Virus record (IMG/VR): IMGVR_UViG_3300042397_002506
Span: 1 to 58,470 of that record
Source: a virus
Lineage: Duplodnaviria > Caudoviricetes
Reading direction: 5' to 3' (one strand)
Length of the DNA stretch: 58,470 bases
In this document: positions 55,759 to 58,470 of the stretch, in pieces
How the letters are laid out: the number at the start of each line of letters is the position of its first letter
Numbering within the stretch: position 1 is the first letter of the stretch
Translations under genes and position numbers: made by a program
Notes under the pieces: generated by a model
Database searches by the model: none
What the model saw: the letters and a program-made list of their open reading frames with translations, nothing else
What the model was told of the DNA's origin: nothing

Positions 55759-55787
55759 ATTATACATCATTTCAGAACAAATGTCAA
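55759..55787 (-). promoter_or_regulatory. Early sigma70 promoter (repeat family)
   Basis: TTGACA-N17-TATAAT with a spacer identical to the 51826 copy. Confidence 0.85.
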
Positions 55788-55790
55788 CAG

Positions 55791-56465
55791 TTATTTTGCG
55801 ATTTCGTACATTTCTTTGTACTTTTTACGAACTGAAATGAAATGGTCTAAGTAATCAAAAGTATTAACTTTGAAGATCAGTGGTTCGTTGTCATCTACAG
55901 CCATTACTACCACGGCTTGCTTAATAGCTATACCAGTTCTTTCTAAGAAAGCTGCTGCATAGAAACACATTTGTATGAAGTAGTTTGTGATATCTTCTTC
56001 TTTTTTTACTCGCTTAGATGTTTTAAAATCGATGATAGAAAGAACACCATCCCATTCGCCAATACAGTCAACTTGACCTGCAGTTTTTAGTTTATCACTA
56101 TAAAGAAAAACTTCTTGCATCCAGACATTATTTAGTCTTGCATCTAAGACTGGTCTAAGAGTATTAAATGTAGCAATATTAGAAGGCATATGTTTGCCTT
56201 TCCAATCTGGTTTATTATCTACATAGTCTTCTGCAAGTTTGTGAACTGCTGTACCGCGAGTAGAAGCTTGGCGCGAAATTTTATTTGCTTCTTCTTCACC
56301 TACTCGTTTGCGCCATGCAATAATTTCTTCTTTGCCAAGAATAGAAAGAACTGTGGTGATAGACGGGTAAGCATTGCCGTCGGGTGTAAAGTATTTGCGG
56401 CCAGACTCGGTCGTCTGCCGTGTAAGAGTTGGGAGTACAATCCCGTGATCAACGTGTGTAAACAT
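55791..56465 (-). CDS. PD-(D/E)XK exonuclease
   Basis: YPSITTVL, RGT.VH, AG.VDC....G...IIDFKTS, Q...YA. Confidence 0.85.
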   Translation of the reverse strand: MFTHVDHGIVLPTLTRQTTESGRKYFTPDGNAYPSITTVLSILGKEEIIAWRKRVGEEEANKISRQASTRGTAVHKLAEDYVDNKPDWKGKHMPSNIATFNTLRPVLDARLNNVWMQEVFLYSDKLKTAGQVDCIGEWDGVLSIIDFKTSKRVKKEEDITNYFIQMCFYAAAFLERTGIAIKQAVVVMAVDDNEPLIFKVNTFDYLDHFISVRKKYKEMYEIAK

Positions 56466-56479
56466 AATATAATTTTAAT

Positions 56480-56782
56480 TTAACTACCAATAAAAACTTT
56501 AGGCGATCCTGTAATAATAACACCAAGGTCTGCTGGATCGCCAATTCTAGCTACATTCAGGACACCGATAAAAACTCTTGAGCTAGTAGCAGTTACTGTT
56601 GCTGGATGTATAACACATGCTTTACCAGCTTTTATAAAATGCGGTACTACTAAATCACCTGTAACTGCAGCTAACAAACCATCTATTGCAACTTTAGATT
56701 GCAAAGCGCCTAGAATAGGCGCTGTTGCATCACATAGATGACCGGTTGCAATTAAATCTGTTAATCTTGCTGCTGCTGGCAT
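56480..56782 (-). CDS. PAAR-repeat spike-tip protein (gp5.4-like)
   Basis: MPAAARLTD...GH.C, V.I.G...A..GD, AR.GD......GS..VF.G. Confidence 0.88.
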   Translation of the reverse strand: MPAAARLTDLIATGHLCDATAPILGALQSKVAIDGLLAAVTGDLVVPHFIKAGKACVIHPATVTATSSRVFIGVLNVARIGDPADLGVIITGSPKVFIGS

Positions 56783-56783
56783 T

Positions 56784-57329
56784 TTAGTACTCGCTATTTG
56801 CTACTTGTTGTTGTAATTTTGCTGCGCCTGATACAAAATCCCAAAAGAAATCTTGAGCTAATGTTACAGTTGCAGTTTGACCCAACAAAGATTGATTCGG
56901 TATACTATACATTATATCAAATGTGTAATTTGCTGTCAACCGTTTTATAGGTGGTGTATCCCATCCTACAATATTTAATCCTTCTGGAAGCTCTGATAAA
57001 TCTGTATAAGTTGTCTGTTCTGTAGAACCAAATGTTACGAATCTATAACCTTCACCTAGAAATATCAATTCATTTGGATTTTTTGACATCGAAATTACGT
57101 TATTCGCAACATTAGATTTTATTACGTAAGTTGGTGTAGTCGCAACAATACTAGTAACAGAGATTGGGTCTCCTTGAGTGCTATCAGTTCCTGAAAATGC
57201 TAACTCGAAAGACCAATCTCTATTACCGTAAATACCTTCTAGAGTAGTAAGCGGGTCCAGTGTGTCTAGACCCGCTTCTTCATATTCGCTATTAGTATTT
57301 TGAACTATATACGAAATTGCTATTGTCAT
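56784..57329 (-). CDS. Hypothetical protein, possibly baseplate-associated
   Basis: 181-aa acidic beta-rich ORF directly upstream of PAAR. Confidence 0.6.
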   Translation of the reverse strand: MTIAISYIVQNTNSEYEEAGLDTLDPLTTLEGIYGNRDWSFELAFSGTDSTQGDPISVTSIVATTPTYVIKSNVANNVISMSKNPNELIFLGEGYRFVTFGSTEQTTYTDLSELPEGLNIVGWDTPPIKRLTANYTFDIMYSIPNQSLLGQTATVTLAQDFFWDFVSGAAKLQQQVANSEY

Positions 57330-58081
57330 GCTAATTGCAAATATGCCTCTTTTGCTAAAATATATTCTTTTACTAAACCTGATCTTACGATATCTTCAGG
57401 CGTAAATTGAATAGTTTCAAAGGAATGAATATTCTTAAGTACCTTTAAAAATGAACCAAGTCCTGAAACATCTGCTCTATTTTTAGATTGCTGTAGATCG
57501 TCTTGTCTTGTATCTCCGCAGAAAATAATTTTTGAAGATTCGCCTACTCGAGTAATGATAGTATCTAGTTCGTGATACGTCATTGATTGGCATTCATCTA
57601 CAATAATAACTGAATTATCAAAAGTTAATCCTCTAACGAATGAGGATGTCATAAATTTGATCATGCCTTTTGACTGTAAAATTTGATACGCGTCGCCACG
57701 ACCAAATAAGTCATTTACAATATCAGAATAAGGAACACTATATAGAGCTTCTTTTTGCTCTTTACTTCCTGGCATAAATCCTTGTTCGCGAGTTTGAACT
57801 GCTGATCTAACAACAATTATTTGATCGTATCCTTTATTGTTTAGTACATCGTCTAGTGCTAAATATAGCGCACACATTGTTTTACCTGTACCAGCTGTTC
57901 CAATAGCTGCAATGTTATAACCCTGTTTATAAGAATCAAACATATCAGATTGCGTCGGAGTTAGCGGCTTAATAGCTCTCATTCCAAATTTAGAATTTAG
58001 AATGCTGACCATGTGATCAGTTTCTCTTTCGTTTCTTTGCTTTTCTTTACGAGACAATCTGCGTTGCTGCTTATATGGCAT
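57326..58081 (-). CDS. phoH: PhoH-family ATPase
   Basis: G.AGTGKT, RSAV..R..GF.PG, F.RG.TFDN...I.DE.Q, TR.G..SK...CGD..Q.DL, DIVRSGLV; ATG at 58081 with AAGGAG SD. Confidence 0.92.
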   Translation of the reverse strand: MPYKQQRRLSRKEKQRNERETDHMVSILNSKFGMRAIKPLTPTQSDMFDSYKQGYNIAAIGTAGTGKTMCALYLALDDVLNNKGYDQIIVVRSAVQTREQGFMPGSKEQKEALYSVPYSDIVNDLFGRGDAYQILQSKGMIKFMTSSFVRGLTFDNSVIIVDECQSMTYHELDTIITRVGESSKIIFCGDTRQDDLQQSKNRADVSGLGSFLKVLKNIHSFETIQFTPEDIVRSGLVKEYILAKEAYLQLA

Positions 58082-58124
58082 TAAACTCTCCTTGTTATCA
58101 GGATAATTTTTTATCAAAACAGTT

Positions 58125-58367
58125 TTACCATGTATTGATACTATCCTTTTTGTGGTGGTGTTGAATATTTTTAAGAACATCACGAAAACCGGCATCAGGT
58201 TTTTTACGCCCGAGACGGTGAGAATCACCAACATAAGCTGGTGCTCCTACAATTAGTTGAGTTAGGTGCGGGTTTTGAAGCTTGAATTCGTCAAGTTCTG
58301 AGATGCGCATGGATTTCTCCATGACCTGCTGATTGTTATTTTCGTCACGAAATGTATACGTAGGCAA
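58125..58367 (-). CDS. FmdB-like small protein lacking the Zn-ribbon cysteines
   Basis: MPTY.F.D......E..M.ISE...F...NP.L.Q...KPD.GF.DVL..I; TTG start with AGGAG SD. Confidence 0.65.
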   Translation of the reverse strand: MPTYTFRDENNNQQVMEKSMRISELDEFKLQNPHLTQLIVGAPAYVGDSHRLGRKKPDAGFRDVLKNIQHHHKKDSINTW

Positions 58368-58388
58368 TACATTCTCCTGTTATGATGT

Positions 58389-58422
58389 AAAAAAAGCTGA
58401 CCTATAATACGAGGTCAGCTTT
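58389..58422 (-). terminator. Rho-independent terminator
   Basis: AAAGCTGACCT-N8-AGGTCAGCTTT running into a T7 tract on the minus strand. Confidence 0.75.
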
Positions 58423-58455
58423 AATAAAGTTGTTATTAAGGCTTGCATTATGATT

Positions 58456-58463
58456 TATTTATA
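58456..58463 (-). promoter_or_regulatory. T4-type late promoter
   Basis: TATTTATA on + equals TATAAATA on the minus strand. Confidence 0.6.
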
Positions 58464-58470
58464 ATAAGCC

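Noticed and set aside
55791-56465. Cas4 of a CRISPR system
   Set aside because: It lacks the four-Cys Fe-S motif and cas context, and matches ordinary phage PD-(D/E)XK exonucleases.
58082-58234. N-terminal extension of PhoH in the ORF track
   Set aside because: It overlaps the FmdB-like gene; the ATG at 58081 has a strong SD and gives a normal-length PhoH.
1-58470. tRNA/rRNA genes
   Set aside because: Intergenic gaps are short and I saw no cloverleaf or T-loop signature by eye; tRNAscan-SE would be decisive.

Overview
A 58.5-kb segment of a large T4-like myophage genome, probably from an aquatic host. 1-46,752 (+ strand, repeated T4-type late promoters TATAAATA): tail-fibre genes including a 3,426-aa modular fibre; a 13-gene, ~10.3-kb enzyme island (four radical SAM proteins, four 2OG-Fe(II)/JmjC oxygenases, four unknowns, and a 190-aa Gly/Asn-rich protein ending CHASCHSNCHNSRSRR); a small glycan/methyl/nucleotidyl-transfer cluster; then the core block gp13-14-15-(1,335-aa insert)-16-17-18-19-20-(head-core protein)-21-22-23. 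46,837-58,470 (- strand): mostly early/middle genes driven by near-identical sigma70 promoters (wHTH, DsbA-like, DNA ligase, APS-kinase-like trio, DUF932, GIY-YIG, DenV-like, a four-member small paralog family, exonuclease, PAAR, PhoH, FmdB-like). The best candidate for an undescribed system is the radical SAM/oxygenase island. It looks like a late-expressed, RiPP-like modification pathway acting on a Cys-His-tailed protein that may be a virion component. All calls come from reading motifs and gene order by eye; no database searches were run.
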